Assembly (NCBI GenBank): GCA_016867135.1
Contig: VGKH01000003.1
Coordinates: forward strand, 1 to 57,894
Direction: 5' to 3'
DNA: 57,894 nucleotides
Origin: Candidatus Omnitrophota bacterium
GTDB taxonomy: Bacteria > Omnitrophota > Gorgyraeia > VGKH01
How positions within the stretch are numbered: position 1 is the stretch's first letter; each line of letters starts with the position of its first letter. This document shows positions 35,404 through 45,052 of this stretch, piece after piece. The translations under genes were made by a program, and so were the position numbers. The notes below the pieces were generated by a model. That model had not been told where the DNA came from and did not search any database. It saw only the letters and a program-made list of their open reading frames with translations.

Positions 35404-37242
35404 CTAAAAAGTCAGTTTTATCCCTCCCAACAAACCAAAGCCCGGGGTGGAAAAATCAAACTGCTCTTGGTATCTGCGGTTAAAAATATTGGTAACTCTC
35501 AGCAGGATATCCAGGTTTTGGGAGAAATGAAAAGTAGCATCTCCGTCCATCACAAAATACGGGGCAAGCGCGATGGTGTTATCGACATTGGCATAGCGCT
35601 TAGTTTTGTAGCGGCCGTATAAACCAAAATCCCATTTTTTATTCGGTGAGAATGCAAGCTTGCATTTATAAAGGCCTTTTGGCCGGTAAGTTAAGCGCAA
35701 ATCTGTATCTTCATTTCTTGCATCTAAAAATGTATAATTGAAATTCAGTTTTAGATTATCCTTTAGGACCCATTCGGCTTCCAGTTCAACTCCTTTAGTC
35801 AAGGCTTTGCCGACATTGTCCGGCCTCCACCAAAAAGAATTATCCATGGTCCATTCGATTAAATCATTGTATTTGGTGATAAAATAAGTCAAATCGGTCT
35901 TAACGGATTGAAAAACATATGTCCCCATGCCCAGTTCGTAAGATATGGCCTTCTCGGGAGTAAGTGTGGGATTGCCCTCCACCCCTCCCCAAATGCCCCA
36001 GTCTTCCCTGGGCCAATAAAGGTCATTAAATGTCGGGGTCCTGAATGACTGGGCAATCATCCCGTGAAACTTAAAGGTATCAAAAAGCCATGTGGCTGCG
36101 CTTACGCTCGGGCTAAACTCATCACCGAAAGTAGAATAATCATCCCAGCGGCCTCCGAACTTAATAATCAGATTATCATCGAGAAAAGCGGTTTCGCTTT
36201 CCAGATACAACGCCTTTAAGTTGTAATCATGCTTGGCGCTAGTTGAACTATTCAATTTATGTATCTGATAATTCGCACCGAATGTGGTGCGCCAGATATC
36301 AAACCATAGCTGGGAAAACTGGGCGTCGGCTCCATAGACTTTGGTGGCATGGTCGTCTTGGTCGCGCGGGTCAAAGGCCTCGATAAATTTCAGCTTATCG
36401 ACATTGTGGTATAACTTTAAGAGAATATCCTGGTCAGCCAGGAATTTGCCGTCCCATGTCAGGTCTATAAACCTTTTATCGCTCACGGTGCGGTCGTCCA
36501 AATCCGGATTAGAAACCCTGTCGGGACTACCCACGTTAGCCAAATGAAAACCGCTTGATAAAGAAATGTAATTATTATTATCGATTTGATAACCAACTTT
36601 GGCATTGGCATTATGGTCTCGATAATAGGCGTTATCCCGGTGCCCTTGAGAATTTAAATAATTGTATGATGCTAGGTAATCAAGATTTTTGATTTTATAG
36701 CTATTAACAAAAGACTCAGAATTCGTCCCAAAAGAGCCGCCTTTTGAGGTTAGCTCGGTTTTCATTTTGTCTTGTCCTTTTTTGGTAATGATATTGATAA
36801 CTCCTCCCACGGCATTAGCTCCGTACATGTTTGCAGCCGGGCCGCGCATAACTTCTATTCGCTCAATATTGGAAAGCGATATCTGATTAAAATCGGTCAG
36901 GCCGTCGCGCGGGGTGTTTACGGGCCTGCCGTCAATAAGGGTAAGGACCTGATTATTAGATGCCCCCCTTGTGTGCACGGATTTGACCGACCCCAAAGAA
37001 CCCTGCTCCAGCATATCCACTGAAGGCAACATATCCAAAAGCTCGGAAACCTCAAGCGCGTTAGAAGACTCAATCTCATCAGAAGAAATAATGCTGATAT
37101 TGGCAGGGACATTGCGGTAGGTCTGCTCTATTTTGGAGGCGCTAACAACAATTTTATCTAAGTCTAATTCGTAAGCAGATGCTGAATCAAGCAGGACGAA
37201 ACAAAAAATTACAAAGACCAAGGCAAAAACTAATCTTTTCAT
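35404..37242 (-). CDS. btuB: TonB-dependent outer-membrane receptor, BtuB-like
   Basis: Signal peptide, TonB box-like DKIVVSAS, a plug domain, a beta-barrel and a terminal aromatic residue (..GGIKLTF). It is preceded by a cobalamin riboswitch. I placed the start at 37242 (AAGGAGG upstream). Confidence 0.85.
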   Translation of the reverse strand: MKRLVFALVFVIFCFVLLDSASAYELDLDKIVVSASKIEQTYRNVPANISIISSDEIESSNALEVSELLDMLPSVDMLEQGSLGSVKSVHTRGASNNQVLTLIDGRPVNTPRDGLTDFNQISLSNIERIEVMRGPAANMYGANAVGGVINIITKKGQDKMKTELTSKGGSFGTNSESFVNSYKIKNLDYLASYNYLNSQGHRDNAYYRDHNANAKVGYQIDNNNYISLSSGFHLANVGSPDRVSNPDLDDRTVSDKRFIDLTWDGKFLADQDILLKLYHNVDKLKFIEAFDPRDQDDHATKVYGADAQFSQLWFDIWRTTFGANYQIHKLNSSTSAKHDYNLKALYLESETAFLDDNLIIKFGGRWDDYSTFGDEFSPSVSAATWLFDTFKFHGMIAQSFRTPTFNDLYWPREDWGIWGGVEGNPTLTPEKAISYELGMGTYVFQSVKTDLTYFITKYNDLIEWTMDNSFWWRPDNVGKALTKGVELEAEWVLKDNLKLNFNYTFLDARNEDTDLRLTYRPKGLYKCKLAFSPNKKWDFGLYGRYKTKRYANVDNTIALAPYFVMDGDATFHFSQNLDILLRVTNIFNRRYQEQFDFSTPGFGLLGGIKLTF

Positions 37243-37263
37243 AATTATCCTCCTTAAAAACAA

Positions 37264-37292
37264 AGCCCCTCCGACGTTACGTCGGAGGGGCT
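37264..37292 (-). terminator. Riboswitch expression-platform terminator
   Basis: Stem AGCCCCTCCGACG/CGTCGGAGGGGCT, followed on the minus strand by TTGTTTTT just before the SD. Confidence 0.6.
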
Positions 37293-37371
37293 GCACCCTA
37301 ATTTTCTTAATCCCCTAATTTATGCGCTCTGATACTGTATCCTTACGCAGTATTCAAAACTCTAATATATA

Positions 37372-37560
37372 GGCAGGTCTTCTGGCTTCCTTTGCCCTTT
37401 TAACGCCTTCCCACCCCATTAAATCAGGGCAGTGGCATAATGTTAAAAGGGTTCCCTTTCTCAAAAAACAAAAAAGGGCGGGGTTACAGCGGCGGGACCG
37501 CGTCTGCTTTGCTACTTCGCTTCGCTCAGTATCCTTCGCAACATTCTGAGCAAAATCGAA
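37372..37560 (-). promoter_or_regulatory. Cobalamin (B12) riboswitch aptamer
   Basis: The minus strand contains GCCACTGCCC..GGGTGGGAAGG and the B12 box AGCCAGAAGACCTGCC, plus an upstream CCGCCGCTGTAACCCCG element. The order matches the btuB leader class. Confidence 0.75.
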
Positions 37561-37602
37561 GGACAGACTTCCCTGTTTGGCTTATCGCGCACCTATATAA
37601 GA

Positions 37603-38109
37603 CTAATTAGTTAAAAGAGCAGTTGCAAAACGAGTATTCTTTACCCTTCTTGCAATTAATTCGTATGCACCGAACATCACAGCCGAATAAACAACTGTGG
37701 ATAATAGCGTGGCTCTGAAAAACGGTATCCCCATAATAAAACAATCTGCCAGGCCTTTTGAAGTATACGGATACCAACCGGAAATCCAAACACCGAAATT
37801 AGTAACCACGAAGAATAAAACTGCGGAAACTAAAGAAGAACCGGCTATATTCAAAACAGATTTATTTTTCTTCTGGGTTATCCCAAGAATGGAAATCAAG
37901 ACTACGCTTCCCCAGGTAAAAAGCATGGTATTGTGCAGGCCTAAGAATATATCGCTTAAAACCATCAACAATAAAGGCACTAAAACCGCGTATTTTCTAC
38001 TCAGATAATAACCGCCGAATAACGCGATAGCGATGACCGGGTTGAAATTCGGCGCATGCGGTATGAATCTAGTTAATATTCCTAAAACTATCAATGCTAT
38101 AGCTAACAT
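37603..38109 (-). CDS. Polytopic membrane protein (DUF6580-like; possible vitamin/corrinoid uptake component)
   Basis: N-terminal R.IPHAPNFNPV.AIALFGG motif and 5-6 TM helices. It lies between cobO and the riboswitch-btuB unit. Confidence 0.5.
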   Translation of the reverse strand: MLAIALIVLGILTRFIPHAPNFNPVIAIALFGGYYLSRKYAVLVPLLLMVLSDIFLGLHNTMLFTWGSVVLISILGITQKKNKSVLNIAGSSLVSAVLFFVVTNFGVWISGWYPYTSKGLADCFIMGIPFFRATLLSTVVYSAVMFGAYELIARRVKNTRFATALLTN

Positions 38110-38121
38110 ATAAATCCTCCC

Positions 38122-38279
38122 TTAAATGAGCACATAACTTACGGAGCGATAGCGAACGTAAGTTATCAGTGCGAATTTACCCCCACACCAATTTTCTTGC
38201 CCCCCCCCGCACCATAGAATTGGTGTGGGGGTCAGTTCCGATAAACCCTTGACAAGCTTGTCAAGGGTATCGTCACTGA
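38122..38279. repeat. Intercistronic quasi-palindromic element, copy 5
   Basis: H1 is identical to copy 6 (ATAACTTACGGAGCGATAGCGAACGTAAGTTAT) and the H2 stem is identical to copy 1. H3 is the perfect palindrome CCCTTGACAAGCTTGTCAAGGG. Confidence 0.85.
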
Positions 38280-38308
38280 TTTTATTAGAATTGCAGCCTA
38301 TTGTCAAG

Positions 38309-38812
38309 TTAAAACTCTATTCCGCGTCGGCCGGTTATTTTTTTCTTGAAAGGATGCTTGACCTCTTTCATCTCGGTGACATAATCCGCGCATTCTTTCA
38401 ATTCTTTGGGCGCATATCTTCCGGTCAATACTAGCTCAATACAATCCGGGCACATCTTAACAACATCCAAGACCTCTCTAAGCCCTAGGACATTCAATTT
38501 GATTGCGATGTTTGCTTCATCCAAAATAACCACTTGGAATCTTCCGGATTGAATTACCCCCTTGATCCTGGCCAATCCTTTTTTTGCCAGCATAATATCT
38601 TTTGGGCTCGGGGATTTTTTGACAAAACACCTTGTACCTAGTTGTTCAACTTTTATATTCTTTATTTTCTTTAACGACTTTAATTCACTGTAATCTTTGC
38701 CCTTAAGAAACTGCCCGATAAAGACACTGAAGCCTGCGCCTGCGGCTCTTAGGGCCAAACCCAAGCTAGCTGTAGTCTTTCCTTTTCCTTCTCCGGTATA
38801 GATATGAATCAT
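38309..38812 (-). CDS. cobO: Cob(I)yrinic acid a,c-diamide / cob(I)alamin adenosyltransferase
   Basis: Contains IYTGEGKGKTTASLGLALRA and ILDE..A motifs. 167 aa. Confidence 0.88.
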   Translation of the reverse strand: MIHIYTGEGKGKTTASLGLALRAAGAGFSVFIGQFLKGKDYSELKSLKKIKNIKVEQLGTRCFVKKSPSPKDIMLAKKGLARIKGVIQSGRFQVVILDEANIAIKLNVLGLREVLDVVKMCPDCIELVLTGRYAPKELKECADYVTEMKEVKHPFKKKITGRRGIEF

Positions 38813-39294
38813 TTCATTAAATTACTGATAAAAATTGGGGCGTTGATTACGCCTAAACAAACCAAGCTAACTATTATCCCGGCTAAAATCATGCCCGCGG
38901 TTATAGCAAAAACCGCGAAGCGGAATTTTATCTTAAATAATATCGCGGCTACTGCCCCGGTCCAAATTCCCGTCGCCGGTAGCGGTATGGCAACAAACAA
39001 GGCCAAACCCAATGCTTCGTATTTCTGGATAAGAGAAGCTTTTTTTCTTGTCCTCTCAAAAAACCAATCAAAGAACCTCCTCCAGATAAAAAACTTCCTT
39101 AATTTCTCCGAAACCGGGCTTAACAATAAAAGTATGGGGATTATCGGCAAGAAATTTCCGAAAATAGACAAAAGAAAGACTTTAATGATCTCTTCTTTGC
39201 CGAAGAGATAAATCCCGAAAGGTATGGCTGCCCTTAATTCCACAACCGGAGCGGCGGCAACTAAAATTACATAAGCTTCATTGGTTATAGCCAT
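38809..39294 (-). CDS. Small membrane protein, COG2426 / small multidrug-export-like family
   Basis: Contains VELRAAIP.G and [10 protein letters not shown] motifs. Four TM helices. Confidence 0.65.
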   Translation of the reverse strand: MAITNEAYVILVAAAPVVELRAAIPFGIYLFGKEEIIKVFLLSIFGNFLPIIPILLLLSPVSEKLRKFFIWRRFFDWFFERTRKKASLIQKYEALGLALFVAIPLPATGIWTGAVAAILFKIKFRFAVFAITAGMILAGIIVSLVCLGVINAPIFISNLMK

Positions 39295-39919
39295 ATTTAC
39301 CTATCAGTGGGACAAAAACGCACCCGCAAATTTCTTTGGTTTCTACTTTTCCTTTATCTTTTTTAACCAAAACTAACATCTGTCCGAATTTACCTCCTAC
39401 AGGCAGAACCAATCTGCCATGTTCGGCTAGCTGCTTAACCAAGGATTGTGGTATTTCCGGAGAGGCGGCAGTGACTATAATCGCATCAAAAGGAGAAGAT
39501 TCATACCAGCCTAAAGTACCGTCATCAACCTTGATCTCGATATTCTTATATCCCAATTCATTTAAAAGTTTTTCTGCCTTCTCTGCCAAAGAAGGGATTC
39601 TCTCTATCGAATAAACAGTTTTAGATAGCTCAGCCAAAATCGCAGCCTGATATCCTGAGCCGGTGCCGATTTCTAGGACTTTCTCCGTACCTTTTAATTC
39701 CAGAAGCTGGCTCATGAGTGCGACTATATAAGGCTGGGAAATAGTCTGGTTTTCTCCGATAGGTAAAGGATAGTCGGCGTAGGCGCTGGATTGCGATTCC
39801 TCCGAAACAAATTTGTGGCGCGGAATTTTCAAGAAAGCATCCAAGACGCGCTTATCTTTTATGTCGCGGCCTGCCAGCTGTTCTTTTACCATCTCTTCTC
39901 TTAATTCTTTAAAATTCAT
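39278..39919 (-). CDS. pcm: Protein-L-isoaspartate O-methyltransferase
   Basis: Contains [22 protein letters not shown] and PVG motifs. Confidence 0.92.
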   Translation of the reverse strand: MNFKELREEMVKEQLAGRDIKDKRVLDAFLKIPRHKFVSEESQSSAYADYPLPIGENQTISQPYIVALMSQLLELKGTEKVLEIGTGSGYQAAILAELSKTVYSIERIPSLAEKAEKLLNELGYKNIEIKVDDGTLGWYESSPFDAIIVTAASPEIPQSLVKQLAEHGRLVLPVGGKFGQMLVLVKKDKGKVETKEICGCVFVPLIGKYGYNQ

Positions 39920-40572
39920 CTTTTACGAAAAATAAATCTGAAGAACCTGAAGGTATCCAGAAAAGGATTAATCCGGCTTTTGTGGTCCTGATAGATTGTA
40001 TTAACCGGAACATGATAGATTCTGAAGCCTTTTTTTCTTGCCTCAATCAAGACCTCTGTCTCTATCTCAAAATTAGAGGTAGAAAGCTCTATCGCCTTTA
40101 AAACCTCTTTACTTATATACCTATATCCGCATTGGCTGTCGGGTATATATTGCTTGCAGATTGCCGAGATAAACCACGACATAGTCTTGTTTGTTAGCCA
40201 CCTTAAAAGAGGCATATTCTTAGCACTCAACATTCTATTGCCATTTATGATCTTGGCGTTTGATTTTTGAATCAGGCCTAGAAAAACTGGAATGTTCTCC
40301 GGATCGTGCTGCCCGTCGCCATCCATAATCAAGAAACCATCATAATCTTTGTTGATTACAAAATCAAAGCATTTTCTTAGAGAAGCGCCTTTACCGACAT
40401 TTTTCTCATTGGTGATGACGGTCGCGCCCTTTTCTTTTGCGATCCTGGCCGTTTGATCCTTGGAGCCATCGTCGATGACTAAAACATCAAAATTTCTTTT
40501 CTTTATCTCTTCAACGAGATAGCCGATCGTCTTGGCTTCATTATAGGCGGGGATGATCGTGCAGATCTTCAT
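39916..40572 (-). CDS. Family 2 glycosyltransferase (polyprenol-phosphate sugar transferase-like)
   Basis: Contains [15 protein letters not shown] and MDGDGQHDP motifs. Confidence 0.85.
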   Translation of the reverse strand: MKICTIIPAYNEAKTIGYLVEEIKKRNFDVLVIDDGSKDQTARIAKEKGATVITNEKNVGKGASLRKCFDFVINKDYDGFLIMDGDGQHDPENIPVFLGLIQKSNAKIINGNRMLSAKNMPLLRWLTNKTMSWFISAICKQYIPDSQCGYRYISKEVLKAIELSTSNFEIETEVLIEARKKGFRIYHVPVNTIYQDHKSRINPFLDTFRFFRFIFRKR

Positions 40573-40578
40573 AGTCTC

Positions 40579-41427
40579 CTATAACCAGAACTTTCTAAAC
40601 ATCAACCACTGGCCGGGGTATTGGCGAATATAGTTTTCTATTACGTTTAGGAATTTTCTTGTCAGATTAAAGATATCTTTTTCTCTATCGCCGGTTAGCT
40701 TTGGCTCTGCGAGCTTCTCGAAAATTAAGGAGAAATTATCTTCTTTTTCTCTTATTACAAACCCCATGATTATTGGCGCGCCGGTCAAAATAGATAGCGT
40801 TGCCGGCCCTTTAGGAATAAGGCTCTCTTTGCCAAAAAAATCAATGATAATACCGCTTTGCGTAAACTCTCTATCGCCCACAAGGGCGATAAGCTTGTTA
40901 GCCTTCAAATTTTCTATGCATTTTCTAGCAGCCTTCCCCACCGGGATTACTTCAACCCCCCTTGATTCTCGCTGATAATTAAAATAATCATTGATTCTTT
41001 TATCTCTGTGCGGAAAGGCGACAACCGAAACAGGATATCCGGCAAGCGCCATAGCGAAGCTGGCCAATTCCCAGTTGCCCATATGCGCTGAAACAATAAT
41101 GATGCCTTTGCCTTTTTTCAAGGCTTCATCTATACATTCTAAATTGATAATTTTTACCTTCTTCGCGACGGTTTCCTTGTTTAATCGTTGCGTGCGGAAG
41201 AAATCCACAAGATAAATTCCGAAATTCCTAAAAACCTCTAGCGCAGGTCTACGGATCTTTTTCTTATCAGGCAGGATCACTCTTAAGTTATTTAAAACCG
41301 CCACCCTATCAGCATGGGAATAAATAAAATGCAAATCCGAGATAAACCTAGCAAAGGCATAAGCGCCTTTCAAGGAAAAACGGTTAGCTATATAAATTCC
41401 TAACTTATAATAGGTATAATTAAACAT
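40579..41427 (-). CDS. Lipid A biosynthesis (LpxL/HtrB-like) lysophospholipid acyltransferase
   Basis: Family-typical length and an HMGNWE motif (SAHMGNWEL). Confidence 0.75.
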   Translation of the reverse strand: MFNYTYYKLGIYIANRFSLKGAYAFARFISDLHFIYSHADRVAVLNNLRVILPDKKKIRRPALEVFRNFGIYLVDFFRTQRLNKETVAKKVKIINLECIDEALKKGKGIIIVSAHMGNWELASFAMALAGYPVSVVAFPHRDKRINDYFNYQRESRGVEVIPVGKAARKCIENLKANKLIALVGDREFTQSGIIIDFFGKESLIPKGPATLSILTGAPIIMGFVIREKEDNFSLIFEKLAEPKLTGDREKDIFNLTRKFLNVIENYIRQYPGQWLMFRKFWL

Positions 41428-42559
41428 TTTCTCCTAGGACCAACCTGGCGATATTCAATGAGGATTCGGAAAAACCGATTGACCTGGCGCAACGCCTCAT
41501 ATTTTCTAAAGCTTCTTTATTATTCAAAAGCTCATTGATTTTCTTATCGAGTTGCTCCACCGAATCTGCCTTAACAGCTACTTCCTGCCTTAAAAGATAC
41601 GCCGTATTATTCGCTTCCTGGCCGGGGATCGGGTTCATTATAATCATCGGCAAGCCCTTGGATAAAGCCTCTGCCGAGGTTATGCCTCCCGGCTTGGTTA
41701 TCAATAGAGTGGCTATAGACATCAGCTCGTCGATATTGTTGACATAGCCCAAGGCAACCAGTGTCTTTTCTTTAGGATTATGCCTTTCCAGCCAATTAAG
41801 AAGCCGTTTATTTGTCCCGGCCACAACTATAACTTGAAAATCTGTTTTAATTTTATTGAATGATTTGATGACTTTCTTAATCGGGCCTATGCCCTGGCCT
41901 CCGCCCATAATTAAAATAATCGGCTTAGACAAATTCAGGCCTAATCCAGATGCCACCTCTTCTTTATTAACAGGCTGGGAGAATTGCTGGTCGATAGGAA
42001 TTCCCAGTATCTTAATCCTATCCTCTATTATTCCTTCACGGATCAATCTCTGGCGCGAATCCTGGTTAGGAACTACAAAATAATCAATTTCATCATAGAG
42101 CCAATAGGCATGCGGGGCATAATCAGTCAGAACTCCCATTAAAGGGACATTGAGGCCAAAAGTTTTCTTAAAATCGGCGACCATGCCGCAGGGAAATGCC
42201 TGAGTGCAGATAATAAAATCCGGGGAGAACTCATCGAGCAAAAGCTGCAATTTCTTATGATTTGATCTGTGTATCGCTTCCTTTACATATCTTGTACTTT
42301 TTACAATCTTGGGATTATCATATAGATATTCCCACACTTCTGGCCTTCTTTTTATCACACTAAGATAGGCTCTGTTTATTATCTTTTCTAAAATGGGATT
42401 TGTATAGTTAAAACCGTTGATGTTCCTGGTGATAATCTCGGGTCTTAAAATCTTCAGCGCCTTTTCGATAGACAAAGTTGCGCTATGATGGCCAGAAACC
42501 TCTGAAATGTACATTAAAAGAACTCTTTTTGCAGACATATTATCTCTATTGTTCCTCAA
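41420..42559 (-). CDS. GT28-type glycolipid synthase (MGDG synthase / UgtP-like)
   Basis: N-terminal SGHHSA-type motif and a C-terminal KPGG.T..EAL block. Confidence 0.7.
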   Translation of the reverse strand: MRNNRDNMSAKRVLLMYISEVSGHHSATLSIEKALKILRPEIITRNINGFNYTNPILEKIINRAYLSVIKRRPEVWEYLYDNPKIVKSTRYVKEAIHRSNHKKLQLLLDEFSPDFIICTQAFPCGMVADFKKTFGLNVPLMGVLTDYAPHAYWLYDEIDYFVVPNQDSRQRLIREGIIEDRIKILGIPIDQQFSQPVNKEEVASGLGLNLSKPIILIMGGGQGIGPIKKVIKSFNKIKTDFQVIVVAGTNKRLLNWLERHNPKEKTLVALGYVNNIDELMSIATLLITKPGGITSAEALSKGLPMIIMNPIPGQEANNTAYLLRQEVAVKADSVEQLDKKINELLNNKEALENMRRCARSIGFSESSLNIARLVLGENV

Positions 42560-42782
42560 TCATCGCCAAGGTATCTCCAACGTGGACTTCATCGCCTTCT
42601 TCTTTTAATTTTTCTTTTAAAATCCCTGAAGCCGGAGAGGGCATATTAAATGTCGCCTTATCCGTTGCAAGCTCTACCAGGTCCTCTCCTTCTTTTACTT
42701 CGTCTCCTACTTCAAAATTCCAGTATGTGACTGACGCCTTGACAATTCCTTCTCCTAACTCCGGCAAGACAACCTTTGTCAT
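42546..42782 (-). CDS. Stand-alone lipoyl/biotinyl attachment domain protein
   Basis: 78 aa. LPELGEGI.. ..VELATDKATFNMPSPASG is a lipoyl-lysine motif. Confidence 0.75.
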   Translation of the reverse strand: MTKVVLPELGEGIVKASVTYWNFEVGDEVKEGEDLVELATDKATFNMPSPASGILKEKLKEEGDEVHVGDTLAMIEEQ

Positions 42783-42793
42783 TATAGACCTCC

Positions 42794-43015
42794 TTTAATG
42801 AGCACATAACTTACGGAGCGATAGCGAACGTAAGTTATAAGTGCGAAGTAAATCCAGCACTAATTTTACTACAAGACTCGAGAAAACAATAGCAGTTTTA
42901 TTCAAATAAATCCGTAGTATTCACAACCCAACGTTGTCAGTAAAATTAGTGCTGGGTCAAATTCAGACACTCAACTTAGCTTCACTATCGTTCGCTAAGT
43001 TGTGTATTCATTTGA
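42794..43015. repeat. Intercistronic quasi-palindromic element, copy 6
   Basis: 17-bp H2 stem CCAGCACTAATTTTACT/AGTAAAATTAGTGCTGG with a loop of about 72 nt. The right arm overlaps the last 10 codons and the stop of lipB. Confidence 0.85.
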
Positions 43016-43737
43016 CCTTCTACTATTTCTAAAGCAAAAACTTTCTTAAATTCTTCCACCAATCTTTCTTTTAATCGATTATCTATAACAATCTCTCTGC
43101 CCATAATCTGAGAAAGCGAAGTCATCCGAACGTCTAACCCGCATGGTTTGATCAAAGAAAAATATTCTAAATCGGTATTTAGGTTTATGGCTAAGCCGTG
43201 AAAAGTAATCCATTTCTTCACGGCGATACCGATAGAAGCGATTTTTCTATCTTCTATCCAGACACCAGTATATCCAGGTTTTCTTTCTGCTTCAAGATTA
43301 AAATTATTTAAGAAATTAATTATTACTTCTTCCAAAGACCAAAGAAAAAACTTTAGGTCTTTTTTGAGTTTATTTAAATCAAAAACCGGATAGGCGACTA
43401 ACTGTCCCGGGCCGTGATAGGTAATCCTTCCGCCTCTTTCGACCGAATAATTTGAAACGCCCAACTGCTTAAGCTTTAGCGGCGAGATAAGCAAATCGCT
43501 TTCCTTGGTCATTCTTCCTTGGGTAATTGTGTGCGGATGCTCGCAGAGAATTAAGGCGTGAGGCTCGTTCCCATATCTAATTTTGTCCAAAACTTGCTTT
43601 TGAAACTCGTAAGCATAAGAATAATCAACCAAGCCCAGATCGACTATCCGACATAAATTATTCTCCTTCGCCTTTCCACTTGTATCCAATGGTATAGGCT
43701 TCGGAGAATATTCTACGAAGCATTTACCATTATTCAT
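42985..43737 (-). CDS. lipB: Octanoyltransferase (lipoate-protein ligase B)
   Basis: Contains RGG..TYHGPGQLV and K..S.G motifs. I placed the start at ATG 43737 (ATGAATAA overlap with the lpdA stop). The ORF track begins at 43821. Confidence 0.85.
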   Translation of the reverse strand: MNNGKCFVEYSPKPIPLDTSGKAKENNLCRIVDLGLVDYSYAYEFQKQVLDKIRYGNEPHALILCEHPHTITQGRMTKESDLLISPLKLKQLGVSNYSVERGGRITYHGPGQLVAYPVFDLNKLKKDLKFFLWSLEEVIINFLNNFNLEAERKPGYTGVWIEDRKIASIGIAVKKWITFHGLAINLNTDLEYFSLIKPCGLDVRMTSLSQIMGREIVIDNRLKERLVEEFKKVFALEIVEGQMNTQLSER

Positions 43738-45052
43738 ATTCCTTGTGCGAAGTAGAATAGATACTTTTTGTCGCCTCTCTAATAGCTTCGGATAAGGTAG
43801 GGTGTGCAAAGATTGTGTCATTAATTTGAGAAATTTTTAACTTTGATTTTATGGCTAAAGAAAAAACTGCGATAAGCTCTGTTGCCTTCGGACCGACTAT
43901 CGCCGCTCCCAGAATTTCTTTAGAATTACCGTCAAATAGGACCTTTATAAATCCGTCTGTTTCATCCAAAATATGCGCCATTCCTGAAGCCAAGAAATCA
44001 AACTTACCAATCTGGTATTGGATACCTTTGGCGCCTGCCGCCTCTTCCGTCAATCCTACGCTTGAAATCTCCGGATCGGTAAAAATACAATTTGGGACTG
44101 CGGAATAATCTACCGGGATTTTCTTTCCGGAGATATTCTCGACCGCTAATTCTCCCTCGTAAGCTGCGACATGTGCCAACTGATGGCCGCCGATACAATC
44201 GCCTACCGCATAGAGATTGTCAATGTTAGTCTGCATGAATTCATTTACCAGAATTCCCTTTTTATCTGTCTTTACTCCGATCTTTTCCAATCCTTCAATT
44301 TCCTTGTTGGCAACTCTTCCCACGCAAACCAAGACCTTTTCAAACTTATCCAGAGCGACTGTCTTGACATCGGTCTTGGTTAAAATCTTTACACTCTTTC
44401 TCTTTAATGCCACTTCCAATTTCTTTGCAATATCCTTATCTTCGTTAGGTAAAATATGTTCCAGTATCTCAACTATTGTTACCTTGGCGCTAAGAGAAGC
44501 AAAAATATTGGCGAATTCGCAACCGATGACACCGCCTCCGACTATGAGAAGGCTTTCAGGAATAAATTTTAGATCTAAAATATCATCGCTAGAAATAATA
44601 TTCTTTTGATTGAATTTCAAAAACGGCAGCTCAATTGGCCTTGAACCGATAGCGATAATAACATTCTTTGCTTTTATGCTTCGCGAATCGACCAGAATCT
44701 CATCGGCATTAACGAATTTAGCCTCGCCCTTAATCAATTCAACGCCTTTGGTGGATAACTGGAATTCCATGCCTTTGGCCATCTTATCGACTATCGCCGA
44801 TTTGCGCTGCTGGATTTTATCGAAATTTACTTCGGCGCCTTTTACTTCTACCCCAAAAACAGAATTATCTTTGATATGCGAAAAAATGCGGGAAGATTGT
44901 ACTAATACCTTGGTGGGTATACATCCTTGATTAAGGCAAGTGCCGCCTATTTTTTTCTGTTCCACCAAACAGACAGAAAGCCCAAGCTGCTTAGCCTTGA
45001 TTGCCGCGCTGAAACCTGCCCATCCAGCTCCGATTATACAGATATCGTGCAT
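43730..45052 (-). CDS. lpdA: Dihydrolipoyl dehydrogenase
   Basis: Contains GAGWAG, the redox-active GGTCLNQGCIPTK, and a C-terminal HPTLSE. Confidence 0.92.
   Translation of the reverse strand: MHDICIIGAGWAGFSAAIKAKQLGLSVCLVEQKKIGGTCLNQGCIPTKVLVQSSRIFSHIKDNSVFGVEVKGAEVNFDKIQQRKSAIVDKMAKGMEFQLSTKGVELIKGEAKFVNADEILVDSRSIKAKNVIIAIGSRPIELPFLKFNQKNIISSDDILDLKFIPESLLIVGGGVIGCEFANIFASLSAKVTIVEILEHILPNEDKDIAKKLEVALKRKSVKILTKTDVKTVALDKFEKVLVCVGRVANKEIEGLEKIGVKTDKKGILVNEFMQTNIDNLYAVGDCIGGHQLAHVAAYEGELAVENISGKKIPVDYSAVPNCIFTDPEISSVGLTEEAAGAKGIQYQIGKFDFLASGMAHILDETDGFIKVLFDGNSKEILGAAIVGPKATELIAVFSLAIKSKLKISQINDTIFAHPTLSEAIREATKSIYSTSHKEYE

Noticed and set aside
38122-38307. 61-aa minus-strand ORF downstream of cobO
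   Set aside because: It lies entirely within repeat copy 5 and its palindromes. The translated sequence is an artefact of the hairpin arms.
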